The position numbers were made by a program, and so were the translations under genes. Below the pieces are notes generated by a model. It saw nothing but the letters and a program-made list of their open reading frames with translations, did no database searches and was not told the origin of the DNA. A stretch of 64,000 bases of DNA from Synechococcus sp. AG-679-D13 (GTDB lineage: Bacteria > Cyanobacteriota > Cyanobacteriia > PCC-6307 > Cyanobiaceae), in the NCBI GenBank assembly GCA_003210735.1, contig QCUM01000007.1, forward strand, positions 2,745 to 66,744, in the 5' to 3' direction. Positions 1 through 9,411 of this stretch are shown here, piece after piece. The stretch's first letter is position 1; each line of letters begins with the position of its first letter.

Positions 1-1515
1 CTGATCGCCCTGATGGCCTTCGTGATCGCACCGGTTTCCGGAATCGTTCCCAACACGCCGGTGGTGGCATCCCTGTTGCCTGTGATGGAGAACTGGTGCC
101 ATCGCCGCGGAATCTCACCATCCCGGGTGCTGTTGCCACTCTCCTTTTCCACGGTGCTGGGGGGCACGCTCACCCTGCTGGGCAGCTCAGTGAATCTGCT
201 GGTGAGCGACATCAGCCAGCAGCTGGGCTATGGCTCGCTGGAGCTGTTCAGTTTCACCCTGATCAGCGTGCCCATCTGGCTAGCCGGTGCCGCCTATCTG
301 GTGCTGGCTCCCCGGATGTTGCTGCCCGACCGGGGACGCGACGGCGACGAACTTGGCTTATCGCCACGCAGCAGCGGTTACTGCACGGAAGTGACCATCC
401 CATTGAATTCCGAACTGGTGGGAGTCTCCCTGCACAACAGTCGGCTGCAGCGCCGGTTCGACGTGGATGTGCTGGAGCTTCAGCGGGGGGACGAACGCCT
501 GTTGCCACCCCTTGCGGACCGCAAGCTTCGGGCCGGTGATCACCTACTGCTGCGGGTGACCCGCGAGGACCTGCTGAGGCTGCAGCAGGATCACACCATT
601 CAGCTCACCACCCAGGGCCGCAACGCTGGGTTCAACTTCGATCAAGGCGAAACCAGCGGCCAGAGAACCGTGGAGGTTCTGCTTCCGGCAGGCTCAACCC
701 TGGCCGGCGCAAGCCTGCGTGAACTCCGCTTCCGCCAACGCCACAACGCCACGGTTTTGGCCCTTCGCCGCGGTCAGGAGACTGTGCAGGAGCGCCTGGG
801 TCAGGCGGTGCTGCGCGAGGGAGACGTGCTGCTGCTCCAGGCACCCCTCGATTCCATCCGAGGCCTTCAGGCCAGCAATGATCTGCTGGTGCTCGACCGA
901 CTCGAAGATGACTTGCCGACGGTGCGACGCAAGCCGTTGGTGATCAGCATCGCCGTGCTGATGCTCCTGCTTCCCACCCTGACGCCAGTACCGCTGGTGG
1001 GCTCGGTTTTACTGGCCACCGTCGCTGTTGTCGCAAGCGGCTGTCTCCGCCCTGGAGAACTGCAGCGCGCTATCCGCCTTGACGTGATTCTGCTGTTGGG
1101 ATCTCTGTCCAGCTTCAGCGCTGCTCTGAAGAGCACCGGCCTGGCCGATGGTCTCGCCGGGGGACTGGAACGACTGCTGGAAGGCTGGTCCACCTATGGA
1201 TCCCTGATGCTGATCTTTGTAGGCACAACACTGCTGACTCAGGTCATGAGCAACGCTGCATCGGTGGCCCTGCTGGCCCCCGTCGCCGTTCAGTTGGCCC
1301 CCACTCTTGCGCTGCCGCCAACGGCCCTGCTGATCACTGTGCTGTTCGGCGCCAGCCAATCGTTCCTGACGCCTGTGGGCTACCAGACCAATTTGATGGT
1401 GTTTGGTCCAGGCCGCTACCGCTTCCTCGATGTCACCCGCTACGGCCTAGGGCTGACCCTGATCATGACCGTGCTTGTTCCGGCCCTGATCCTGTGGCGC
1501 TATGGCGCATCGTGA
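1..1515 (+). CDS. SLC13/DASS-family (CitMHS-like) transporter with two TrkA-C domains, 5'-truncated by the window edge
   Basis: Frame open from base 1; motifs LGGTLTLLGSSVN and SFLTPVGYQTNLMV; two TrkA-C repeats (VTIPLNSELVG..., VLLPAGSTLAG...). Confidence 0.85.
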   Translation: MIALMAFVIAPVSGIVPNTPVVASLLPVMENWCHRRGISPSRVLLPLSFSTVLGGTLTLLGSSVNLLVSDISQQLGYGSLELFSFTLISVPIWLAGAAYLVLAPRMLLPDRGRDGDELGLSPRSSGYCTEVTIPLNSELVGVSLHNSRLQRRFDVDVLELQRGDERLLPPLADRKLRAGDHLLLRVTREDLLRLQQDHTIQLTTQGRNAGFNFDQGETSGQRTVEVLLPAGSTLAGASLRELRFRQRHNATVLALRRGQETVQERLGQAVLREGDVLLLQAPLDSIRGLQASNDLLVLDRLEDDLPTVRRKPLVISIAVLMLLLPTLTPVPLVGSVLLATVAVVASGCLRPGELQRAIRLDVILLLGSLSSFSAALKSTGLADGLAGGLERLLEGWSTYGSLMLIFVGTTLLTQVMSNAASVALLAPVAVQLAPTLALPPTALLITVLFGASQSFLTPVGYQTNLMVFGPGRYRFLDVTRYGLGLTLIMTVLVPALILWRYGAS

Positions 1516-1551
1516 TCAACAGTGGCTTCACAACCGCCCTCACCGAACTCA

Positions 1552-2973
1552 GTGCCCCTTCGCAATGCGTTGAAACGCAGCCAGGGTTGGCAACGGCGCC
1601 TGACGGTGCCGCAATTCACGGTGGTGACCGGATTACTGGTGATCGTGATCGGCACCATTCTTCTGTCCACACCGTTGTGCTCAGGCAGCAATGTGGGGCT
1701 CTGGGAAGCGCTGTTCACGGCGACTTCCGCCATCACCGTGACCGGTCTTTCGATCATTGACATCGGCACGGATCTCACCGGCTTCGGCCAGGCGGTTCTT
1801 GCTCTGATGATCCTCTCGGGAGGTCTCGGGCTGATGGCCATCACAACGTTCCTGCAGGGCTTCGTGGTGCAGGGAACTGGCCTACGACGACGGCTGGACC
1901 GTGGTCAGGCCCTGGATGAATTTGGTATCGGGGGGGTGGGCCGCACCTTTCGAGGCATCGCTCTCACTGCCGCTCTCGTGATTCTGCTGGGAGCGATGGT
2001 GCTGTACAGCTTCGGATTCAGCGACATCCCAGACCGAGGCGAGCGACTCTGGGCTGCGCTGTTTCACAGCATCTCGGCGTACAACAACGCCGGATTCGGT
2101 CTCTGGTCCGACAGCCTTCAGCGTTACCACAACAATGTGGTGGTCAATGGCGTGGTGATGATGTTGATCGTGATGGGAGGCCTGGGTTGGAGGGTCACCA
2201 GCGATCTCGCCAACCGGGGGTTCCGCCTCCGCAGCGGCGGCCGTCGCCGCCGTCTGAGTCTTCATACACGCCTAGTGCTTCGGACCACTGCACTGCTCGT
2301 GCTGTTCGGGACAGTGGGACTGGCACTGACGGAATGGCTCAACCGCGGCGAGGTGTTCATCGGCATGGACTGGCCGGAACGATGGATGACAGCCCTGTTC
2401 GAATCCGTGACGGCCCGAACAGCGGGCTTCACCACGGTTCCCTTCTCCCTCGAGAACATCACCGATTCGGGAACACTGCTTTTGATTACGTTGATGTTCA
2501 TTGGTGCAAGCCCAGGCGGCACCGGTGGAGGCATCAAGACAACAACTGTTGCAGCGCTTATGGCCGCTACCCGCTCAACGTTGCGGGGGCGGGAGACCGT
2601 GGTGATTCGCAATCGCCAGATTTCGGACAAGGTGGTTTTGAGGGCCCTCAGCATCACCAGTGCTTCGCTGCTTTTCGTGCTCGCGATGGCCCTTCTTCTG
2701 AGCATTGCAAGCAACCTCAACGGAGAGGAGCCATTCACCTTTCTTGAAATGCTGTTCACCTGCATCTCCGCTTTTGCCACCGTGGGGCTTGATCTGGGCG
2801 TCACCGAGCAACTGGGGCGTTTCGGTCAGGCGGTGCTGATGCTGGGCATGTTCGTGGGACGGCTGGGGATCCTGCTGCTCCTCAGTGCAATCTGGGAAGC
2901 GATGACCCAGGAGCAGATCCATATGCATCGTCAGAATCGGATCGGATACCCGCGCGAAGATCTCTATGTCTGA
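1552..2973 (+). CDS. ktrB: Ktr/Trk potassium uptake membrane subunit (TrkH/KtrB)
   Basis: Pore motifs TSAITVTGL, SAYNNAGF, TARTAGF, SAFATVGL and GASPGGTGGGIKTTT; start may instead be GTG 1522. Confidence 0.92.
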   Translation: MPLRNALKRSQGWQRRLTVPQFTVVTGLLVIVIGTILLSTPLCSGSNVGLWEALFTATSAITVTGLSIIDIGTDLTGFGQAVLALMILSGGLGLMAITTFLQGFVVQGTGLRRRLDRGQALDEFGIGGVGRTFRGIALTAALVILLGAMVLYSFGFSDIPDRGERLWAALFHSISAYNNAGFGLWSDSLQRYHNNVVVNGVVMMLIVMGGLGWRVTSDLANRGFRLRSGGRRRRLSLHTRLVLRTTALLVLFGTVGLALTEWLNRGEVFIGMDWPERWMTALFESVTARTAGFTTVPFSLENITDSGTLLLITLMFIGASPGGTGGGIKTTTVAALMAATRSTLRGRETVVIRNRQISDKVVLRALSITSASLLFVLAMALLLSIASNLNGEEPFTFLEMLFTCISAFATVGLDLGVTEQLGRFGQAVLMLGMFVGRLGILLLLSAIWEAMTQEQIHMHRQNRIGYPREDLYV

Positions 2974-2997
2974 TCGTCGTGACCAGGGGTGCAGCGC

Positions 2998-3702
2998 ATG
3001 AGGGAATGGTGGCAGTGGAGCCCTCTTCAGGAGTCGGAGCGACTCAGCTTCGCGATCATTGGTGTCGGCCGTTTCGGCATTGCCGTATGTCGGGAGCTGC
3101 TCAACAGCGGTGCTGAAGTTCTGGCGGTGGACCGCTCCGAACGGGCGATCGATGAGCTTCGTCAGCTGGAGCCCAGTGTTGAGGCCCGCGTTGTGGATTG
3201 CACAGAAGAGGAGGCCCTGCGCGAAGCGGGGGTTCTGGATATGGACACGGTGGTTGTTGCCATCAGCGAGCCGATCGAAGCAAGCATCACGGCCACGCTG
3301 ATCGTGAAAGATGGCGATGGCAGCCAGGTGAAGCAGGTCATCGCTCGAGCAACCAGCGATCTGCACGAGAAAATGCTGAAGAGGGTGGGCGCCGATCGTG
3401 TGATCTTCCCCTCGCGGATGCAGGGGGAACGCCTGGGACTTGAGCTGGTCCGCCCCAACCTGATGGAACGACTGGCTCTCGACAAAACCCACTGCATTGA
3501 CGAGATCAAGGTTCCGGAACCATTTGTGGGGCGGTCTCTTAGGGATCTGAATCTGCGCAAAAACTTCCGCGTGACTGTGCTGGCTGCCGGTCCACAACAA
3601 AGTCTGGTGGTGAATCCACCGGCATCTCACGTCCTGGAAGAAGGCCATCTGCTTGTGGTGATGGGGGTGGTCGACGACCTGCAACTCCTGCCCAAAACCT
3701 GA
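2998..3702 (+). CDS. ktrA: Ktr/Trk NAD-binding RCK subunit (TrkA/KtrA)
   Basis: FAIIGVGRFG Rossmann motif plus C-terminal TrkA-C domain; directly follows ktrB. Confidence 0.92.
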   Translation: MREWWQWSPLQESERLSFAIIGVGRFGIAVCRELLNSGAEVLAVDRSERAIDELRQLEPSVEARVVDCTEEEALREAGVLDMDTVVVAISEPIEASITATLIVKDGDGSQVKQVIARATSDLHEKMLKRVGADRVIFPSRMQGERLGLELVRPNLMERLALDKTHCIDEIKVPEPFVGRSLRDLNLRKNFRVTVLAAGPQQSLVVNPPASHVLEEGHLLVVMGVVDDLQLLPKT

Positions 3703-3712
3703 GCCCCACGCC

Positions 3713-4852
3713 ATGCTCTGCCTCGGCCTGATGAGCGGCACCAGCGCAGATGGTGTCGATGCCGTACTGGCCCGCTTCAACGGAGCTCCGCATCGACCCC
3801 GCTGGGAGCTGCTTCGCCATCGACACACCCCTTACCCGGTGGAGCTGAAGTCCCAACTGATTGCAGCTGGGCAGGGGGCTCCGCTTTCGGCCGCGGATTG
3901 GCTCGCTCTGGCTGAAGCGACCACGGAGCTGCAGGCCACTGCGGCTGAAGCGGCGGATCCCGACCAAAAGGCTGCCCTGGTGGGCTGCCACGGACAAACC
4001 GTTTGGCATCGACCGCCCAGCACCAGGCGCCGAGGGGCGAGCTGGCAGTTGCTGCAGGCACCTTTGTTGGCACAGCTGCTGGAGAGACCTGTGGTGCATG
4101 ACTTCCGTGCCGCGGATCTCGCCCTAGGGGGCCAGGGCGCGCCGCTTGTTCCACGCGCTGATGCCGCGCTGCTCGGGAGGGTGGGTGGCTGGCGCGCCCT
4201 GCTGAATCTGGGGGGGGTTGCCAACCTGACGCTCATTCCTCCGCGCTGCGGACCGGACATCGGAGCGGCGGTGCTTGGGTGGGATTGCGGACCTGCCAAC
4301 AGCCTGATTGATCTGGCCGTGGAGCACTTCAGCGCAGGGGCCCGGTCGATGGATCGCGATGGAGAAATGGCAGCGGCAGGGTCGTGCCAGGAACAACTGG
4401 TCAATCGTTGGCTTAAAGAGCACTACTTCCAGGCTGCGCCGCCGAAGTCCACCGGTCGTGAATCCTTTGGAAGAAACGACCTGAATCGGAGGCTGAAGGA
4501 GATGGAAGCGATCTCCCCCGCAGATGCCGTCGCCACGCTCACGGGCTTCACCGCAGCTGTCGTCGCTCAAGACCTCGACCACTTGTTTGCCAGAGAGGGA
4601 TTCCGGCCGCTTGAGCTTCTGGTGGCTGGCGGCGGAAACCACAATCCCGTGCTGATGGCTGAGCTGCAGCGCCGCTGCAGCGGCTGCGCTGTTGATTCAA
4701 GCGACGGGCAGGGAATTCCTGCAGAGGCAAGGGAAGCACTGGTGTTCGCCCTTCTCGCTTGGTGGCATGAACGCGATCACCATGGAAATGCCCCTGCCGT
4801 CACCGGTGCTGCCAGAGCGGTTCGACTGGGTGTGCGGGTGGAGCCTGGCTGA
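3713..4852 (+). CDS. anmK: Anhydro-N-acetylmuramic acid kinase
   Basis: GLMSGTSADGVD, GCHGQTVWH, GGQGAPLVP, DCGPAN and PPKSTGRE motifs. Confidence 0.95.
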   Translation: MLCLGLMSGTSADGVDAVLARFNGAPHRPRWELLRHRHTPYPVELKSQLIAAGQGAPLSAADWLALAEATTELQATAAEAADPDQKAALVGCHGQTVWHRPPSTRRRGASWQLLQAPLLAQLLERPVVHDFRAADLALGGQGAPLVPRADAALLGRVGGWRALLNLGGVANLTLIPPRCGPDIGAAVLGWDCGPANSLIDLAVEHFSAGARSMDRDGEMAAAGSCQEQLVNRWLKEHYFQAAPPKSTGRESFGRNDLNRRLKEMEAISPADAVATLTGFTAAVVAQDLDHLFAREGFRPLELLVAGGGNHNPVLMAELQRRCSGCAVDSSDGQGIPAEAREALVFALLAWWHERDHHGNAPAVTGAARAVRLGVRVEPG

Positions 4853-4868
4853 CATCCGCCGCCCTCTC

Positions 4869-5183
4869 TCAGGGGCGATAAAGACGGAGTCGGCGTGGTG
4901 CCCCGCGCAAACGACGCGGTTGCTGAGCTTCGAGGGCCGAACGAAAACGCTCCTCGCGGGATGGGGCTCTCAGGGATGGGGAATGGCCAGAGGCAGAGGC
5001 ACCGGAATTCCCCTGCTCATGCTGCTGAACACCCTGCTGAATCAACACACGGGCCATGTTGCTGACCGTGCGCGACTCCTGTTCTGCAAGGGCTGACAGC
5101 CGTGCACAGAGATCCTCGGGCAGGACCACCTGGATCCTTGGGGACTTGGGCTTCCCGCTGGACGATGTCTGACGCGTAGGCAC
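4869..5183 (-). CDS. CopG/ribbon-helix-helix family DNA-binding protein
   Basis: PRIQVVLPEDLCARLSALAEQESRTVSNMARVLIQQGV is a strand-helix-helix RHH pattern; GTG start inferred. Confidence 0.75.
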   Translation of the reverse strand: MPTRQTSSSGKPKSPRIQVVLPEDLCARLSALAEQESRTVSNMARVLIQQGVQQHEQGNSGASASGHSPSLRAPSREERFRSALEAQQPRRLRGAPRRLRLYRP

Positions 5184-5289
5184 GACCGGGTCCCCAGAGG
5201 GAGTCTCAGGTACCAAAAAGTGTACAGAGTTCCGCAAGGGTAGTATCCATAACTATGGTGAGGGCATTGGTCCTCCTCGGAGAACCCCC

Positions 5290-5622
5290 ATGACTGAAAC
5301 CAAGGCGACTCCCGCTTCACAAACTCGGCGCACGCAAAGTCGACGCTCATCCCGGCCGAGCCCCAGCGGCAACCGGCGCAGGAGCACCCGCCGCAGCGAT
5401 GAAAACAGTGACGTGCTCGTGTCTGCAGTGATCAGCACGTATCTGCTCACCCACCTGCACCACGTGCTGCAGCGGGCCGAATACGGCGCAGCCCAGGAGG
5501 GGCGCAATTCCCAGGCCGCCAACTACGCCCAGCTGCGCAAGGTTCTGTGCATGGACGCGCGCAGCATGGAAGACGCATCCGCCCTCGGTCTTCGCGACGA
5601 ACCCCTCGACCAGGCTGCTTGA
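5290..5622 (+). CDS. Conserved picocyanobacterial hypothetical protein
   Basis: 110 aa ORF preceded by GGAG; basic N-terminus and helical core DVLVSAVISTYLLTHLHHVLQRAEY. Confidence 0.75.
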   Translation: MTETKATPASQTRRTQSRRSSRPSPSGNRRRSTRRSDENSDVLVSAVISTYLLTHLHHVLQRAEYGAAQEGRNSQAANYAQLRKVLCMDARSMEDASALGLRDEPLDQAA

Positions 5623-5660
5623 TGAACGGGCTGCTTGATGAACGGGCCGCCTGACGAAAT
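5613..5660 (+). repeat. 16-bp tandem repeat GGCTGCTTGATGAACG, two perfect copies plus a degenerate third
   Basis: 5613-5628 identical to 5629-5644; 5645-5660 reads GGCCGCCTGACGAAAT. Confidence 0.85.
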
Positions 5661-5701
5661 GGGCCGGAGTTCATAACGTTCGGTGAGCCGTCTTGAAGCT
5701 G

Positions 5702-5932
5702 ATGTCCGGCAATGCCGCCGCGCTCTATGAGCGCATCCGCAGCAATCCCGAGCAGACCCAGGCTCTGTTTCGTCAGGCCCTCCAGGACCCAAGCGGTGCC
5801 ATGGAGTCCATTTGCGCCTTTGGCCGTGAAGAGGGCCTACCCGTCGATCCGGAGGAAGTTCGCGCACACCTGGCAAGCCTGGACGATGAAGCCAGTCAGC
5901 GCTGGGTGGTCAAGGCGAGGGGCGGTCTTTGA
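5702..5932 (+). CDS. Small hypothetical protein, Nif11-leader-like, ending in a double glycine (ARGGL)
   Basis: 76 aa; FGREEGLPVDPEEV resembles the Nif11 AkeaGfxft.eel motif. Confidence 0.7.
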   Translation: MSGNAAALYERIRSNPEQTQALFRQALQDPSGAMESICAFGREEGLPVDPEEVRAHLASLDDEASQRWVVKARGGL

Positions 5933-6074
5933 AACGGATTAGCGCAGCCTGATCGCTGGTCGGATCACGACGGTCGATTCCTCCGCCACCTGCCCAGCTG
6001 AAAAAAAGCATGTAGCTGACGATCGCCAAACCCGCCGCCACCACGACGGCTGCGAGCTGTTCCAGCTTCAGCAT
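5910..6074 (-). CDS. Small single-TM membrane protein (54 aa, not in the ORF track)
   Basis: Hand translation MLKLEQLAAVVVAAGLAIVSYMLFFSWAGGGGIDRRDP...; fills an otherwise empty gap. Confidence 0.6.
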   Translation of the reverse strand: MLKLEQLAAVVVAAGLAIVSYMLFFSWAGGGGIDRRDPTSDQAALIRFKDRPSP

Positions 6075-6143
6075 GAACTGAATTCCCTGGCACTGCGCGC
6101 AATTCTGCCGGCAGGGATGATGGAGAATCCACGACCGCTACAG

Positions 6144-7868
6144 GTGCTGCGACTCGAGAACGTCAGCAAGATCTATCCGACCGGTGAAGTGCTGCGCAAT
6201 GTCACATGGGAGGTGAAACCCGGTGACCGAATCGGCCTGGTGGGCGTGAATGGAGCCGGCAAATCAACCCAGATGCGGCTGATTGCCGGGCACGAAGAAC
6301 CCAGCAGCGGTCAGGTGGTGCGGCAGGGAGAACCTCGGATCGCCTTTTTGCAGCAGGAATTCGACGTCAATCCGGATCGCACCGTTCGGCAGGAGTTGTT
6401 CCAGGCCTTTGGTGAAGCGGCAACCGTGCTGAACCGCCAGCAGCAGGTGGAGGAGGCCATGGGCTCTGAGAAGGCTTCCGAAGATCCAGATCATCTGGAT
6501 GAACTCATCCAGGAGCTCGGCAAGCTTCAGAGCCGGTTCGAAGCCCTGCACGGCTACGAGCTCGATGCCCGTATCGACAAACTGCTGCCAACCATCGGCT
6601 TCAGCCCCGAGGGAGCCGAGCGAAAGGTGCGGGATTACTCCGGTGGCTGGCAGATGCGCATCGCCCTGGGCAAGATTCTTCTCCAGGAACCCGATCTACT
6701 CCTCCTCGACGAACCCACCAACCACCTGGATGTCGAGACCATTCAGTGGCTGGAGGGATACCTGCGTGAGCAGACCGCAGCGCTTGTGGTGATCAGTCAC
6801 GACCGCACGTTCCTCGATCGCGTCTGCAATCAGATCGTGTCCACCGAGCGTGGTCTGTCCAGAAGCTATCTGGGTAACTATTCCGACCATCTCGAGCAGA
6901 AACTGCTGGAACAGGAGGCCACCCAGGCAGCCTTTGACCGCCAGCAAAAAGAGATCGCCTCGCAGCAGGCCTACATCGACCGCTTCCGTGCCAGTGCCAC
7001 CCGCAGCACCCAGGCGAAAAGCCGGGAGAAACAACTCGGCAAAGTGGAGCGCGTGGAGGCACCGATCGAATCCGTGGCGGGCCCGAGCTTCCGGTTCCCA
7101 CCGGCACCTCGCTCGGGTGCCCAGGTGGCTGTGATCGACAACCTCACCCACAGCTACGGAGACAAGATCCTGTTTCTTGGCGCTGAGCTGGAGGTGGAAC
7201 GGGGCGACCGCATCGCCTTTGTGGGCCCCAACGGTGCGGGCAAATCCACCCTGCTTCGCCTGGTGATGGGAACGGAACAACCGGATGAAGGATCCGCACG
7301 CCTCGGCGAACACAACGTGGTGGCGCGCTATTTCGAGCAGAACCAGGCGGAAGCTCTTGACCTGAGCAAGACGGTGATTGACACCATGTTCGAAGCGGTT
7401 CCCGACTGGACTCAGACCCAGGTTCGCTCCCTGCTGGGCAGTTTCTGCTTCAGCAATGACAGCGTTTTCAAAGAGGTGGGGAAGCTCAGCGGCGGCGAAA
7501 AAGCACGGCTGGCACTAGCCCTGATGCTGTTGAGCCCCTGCAACTTATTGGTGCTGGACGAGCCAACCAATCACCTCGACATCCCAGCAAAACAGATGCT
7601 GGAAGACGCTCTGATCGATTACGAAGGAGCCTTGTTAGTGGTATCTCACGACCGCTATTTCATCTCTCGCGTCGCCAATCGGATCGTGGAACTTCGCGAT
7701 GGCGAACTGATTGTTTATCGCGGTGATTACGCCTACTACCTTGAGAAGAAAGAAGAAGAAAGAGCGCTGAAACAGGAGAAAGAACTGGCCACAGAGTTGG
7801 AAGCTAAGCGCAAAGCCAACAGAGAAAAACAAAAGGCCCGCCAGGAACGACGCAAAAAGACTGCCTGA
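6144..7868 (+). CDS. ABC-F family ATPase (YheS/Uup-like, ribosome-associated)
   Basis: Two ABC domains (GVNGAGKST, SGGW, LLLDEPTNHLD; GPNGAGKST, SGGE), no TM segments, charged C-terminal tail. Confidence 0.92.
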   Translation: MLRLENVSKIYPTGEVLRNVTWEVKPGDRIGLVGVNGAGKSTQMRLIAGHEEPSSGQVVRQGEPRIAFLQQEFDVNPDRTVRQELFQAFGEAATVLNRQQQVEEAMGSEKASEDPDHLDELIQELGKLQSRFEALHGYELDARIDKLLPTIGFSPEGAERKVRDYSGGWQMRIALGKILLQEPDLLLLDEPTNHLDVETIQWLEGYLREQTAALVVISHDRTFLDRVCNQIVSTERGLSRSYLGNYSDHLEQKLLEQEATQAAFDRQQKEIASQQAYIDRFRASATRSTQAKSREKQLGKVERVEAPIESVAGPSFRFPPAPRSGAQVAVIDNLTHSYGDKILFLGAELEVERGDRIAFVGPNGAGKSTLLRLVMGTEQPDEGSARLGEHNVVARYFEQNQAEALDLSKTVIDTMFEAVPDWTQTQVRSLLGSFCFSNDSVFKEVGKLSGGEKARLALALMLLSPCNLLVLDEPTNHLDIPAKQMLEDALIDYEGALLVVSHDRYFISRVANRIVELRDGELIVYRGDYAYYLEKKEEERALKQEKELATELEAKRKANREKQKARQERRKKTA

Positions 7869-8017
7869 CTACTGTTTTGCCGTTTCGCCCAAAAACTTCA
7901 CAGACATCTAGGCAGGAAAACTTATTTTCCTTTACCGGTGGATTGCGTGTGCATAGGCTGACAAAACCAACCGCGCAATCGATGACTATGGTTCCCCGCC
8001 CAGGCTTGGATGGTTCG

Positions 8018-8149
8018 ATGGCCCAAGGTCCCCATGACCAAACCTGGGATGCGGTGGAAACTTATTTCGAATGCATCACCACGTGCTCCCTTGATGACGG
8101 GGACTGCATCACGCGTTGTGTCGAACAGCTGAAGGACACCGACAGCTGA
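8018..8149 (+). CDS. Small Cys-rich hypothetical protein (43 aa)
   Basis: MAQGPHDQTWDAVETYFECITTCSLDDGDCITRCVEQL, CxxxC-x6-CxxxC; alternative starts at 7982 and 7988. Confidence 0.65.
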   Translation: MAQGPHDQTWDAVETYFECITTCSLDDGDCITRCVEQLKDTDS

Positions 8150-8160
8150 GCCTTACCGGC

Positions 8161-9255
8161 TCAGGATTTCAACCGGGCCAGATCCATCGGCTTCAGGCTG
8201 ATCTCCAAACGGGCCTCGCCGCGAACAATGCTCAGGGTCAGAAGACGACCGACACCCTTGCGATCGATAGCGGCGACAACATCAGCGGCGCCTTTCATGG
8301 GCTGACCATCGATGGCCACGATTTGATCCTCAGGCCGCAGACCAGCCTTTGAAGCCGGAGCTCCAGGCTGAACGGAGCGAATCACAGGGCCGTTCGGGCC
8401 GTTGGCCAAACCGATACCGATCACGGGATGGCTCGCACGCCCGGTGGCCACCAGCTGTCGCGCAATGGTCTGAGCCCGATTGATCGGAATGGCGAATCCC
8501 AGTCCTGCCCCAGGACCGGATCGCACCAACGTGTTGATCCCGACCACTTCACCGTCGGCATTGAGCAGCGGCCCTCCGGAATTGCCCGGATTGATGGCTG
8601 CATCGGTCTGAATCAAATCAAGGCGTTTCCCAGAGATACCCAACTGCGACACATTGCGATTGAGATTGCTGATGATGCCCATCGTCACGGTGTTCTCCAA
8701 TCCGAAGGGGTTCCCCACCGCAATGGCCCAGTCGCCCACACGCACCCGATCGGAATCGCCCAGCACTGCCGTCGGCCAGGGCCCCTTCCCCTCAAGACGC
8801 ACCACTGCCAGATCGGTGAGGGGATCCGTTCCCACCACTGCCCCCTCTGCGCGACGACCGTCGGTGAGCTCCACCGAGAGCGTGTCTGCCCCCTCCACCA
8901 CGTGAGCATTGGTGAGCAGCAGCCCTTTGGCATCAAAAATCACCCCACTGCCCTGACCGCGCTGCACCCGCTGTTGCGGTGGTCGTGCTCCAGGAGCCTG
9001 AAAGAACCGACGAAAAAAGGGATCCATCAGCAACCCCCGCGGGATTCCAGAGATCGCAGACCGTTGAACGGTGCGTGCTGTTTCGAGGGTGACAACCGCA
9101 GGTCCACTGCGAGCGACCGCATCGGCAACGAACGACTGACGGGAGAGGTTCGACGGAACCGCTTGGGCCGGATCAGACCTCAAGACCAAAGGAGCGGCGG
9201 TTCCCATCGCCATACAGCTCGCCAGCAGCAGCGGATGGAGCAAAAAGCGATTCAT
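8161..9255 (-). CDS. HtrA/DegP-family serine protease with PDZ domain (HhoA/HhoB-like)
   Basis: Catalytic triad motifs TNAHVV, DLAV and GNSGGPL; signal peptide; C-terminal PDZ. Confidence 0.93.
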   Translation of the reverse strand: MNRFLLHPLLLASCMAMGTAAPLVLRSDPAQAVPSNLSRQSFVADAVARSGPAVVTLETARTVQRSAISGIPRGLLMDPFFRRFFQAPGARPPQQRVQRGQGSGVIFDAKGLLLTNAHVVEGADTLSVELTDGRRAEGAVVGTDPLTDLAVVRLEGKGPWPTAVLGDSDRVRVGDWAIAVGNPFGLENTVTMGIISNLNRNVSQLGISGKRLDLIQTDAAINPGNSGGPLLNADGEVVGINTLVRSGPGAGLGFAIPINRAQTIARQLVATGRASHPVIGIGLANGPNGPVIRSVQPGAPASKAGLRPEDQIVAIDGQPMKGAADVVAAIDRKGVGRLLTLSIVRGEARLEISLKPMDLARLKS

Positions 9256-9411
9256 CAATGCAAAGGCGGAGTCACCGCAACTGGAGCTGAACCCGACCGT
9301 AAGCAGCCTGAAACGCGATGCCCAGATGTTTGAACGTCCGAGCTGTGACGATGTACGACCGATCGGGGCCATCGCCCGTCAGGATGGGAGTGCTGGAAGC
9401 TCCGGCCTTCG

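Noticed and set aside
4210..4217. G8 run in anmK (also G7 runs in ktrB and nadB) as phase-variation sites
   Set aside because: Frames are intact and the runs encode conserved Gly-Gly in housekeeping enzymes.
5240..5253. GTAGTATCCATAAC as an NtcA site
   Set aside because: It is GTA-N8-AAC, only a partial match to GTA-N8-TAC, and there is no nitrogen-related context.
5613..5660. Short repeats here and at 38588-38620 as possible CRISPR arrays
   Set aside because: They are tandem with no spacers, the units are too short, and no cas genes are present.
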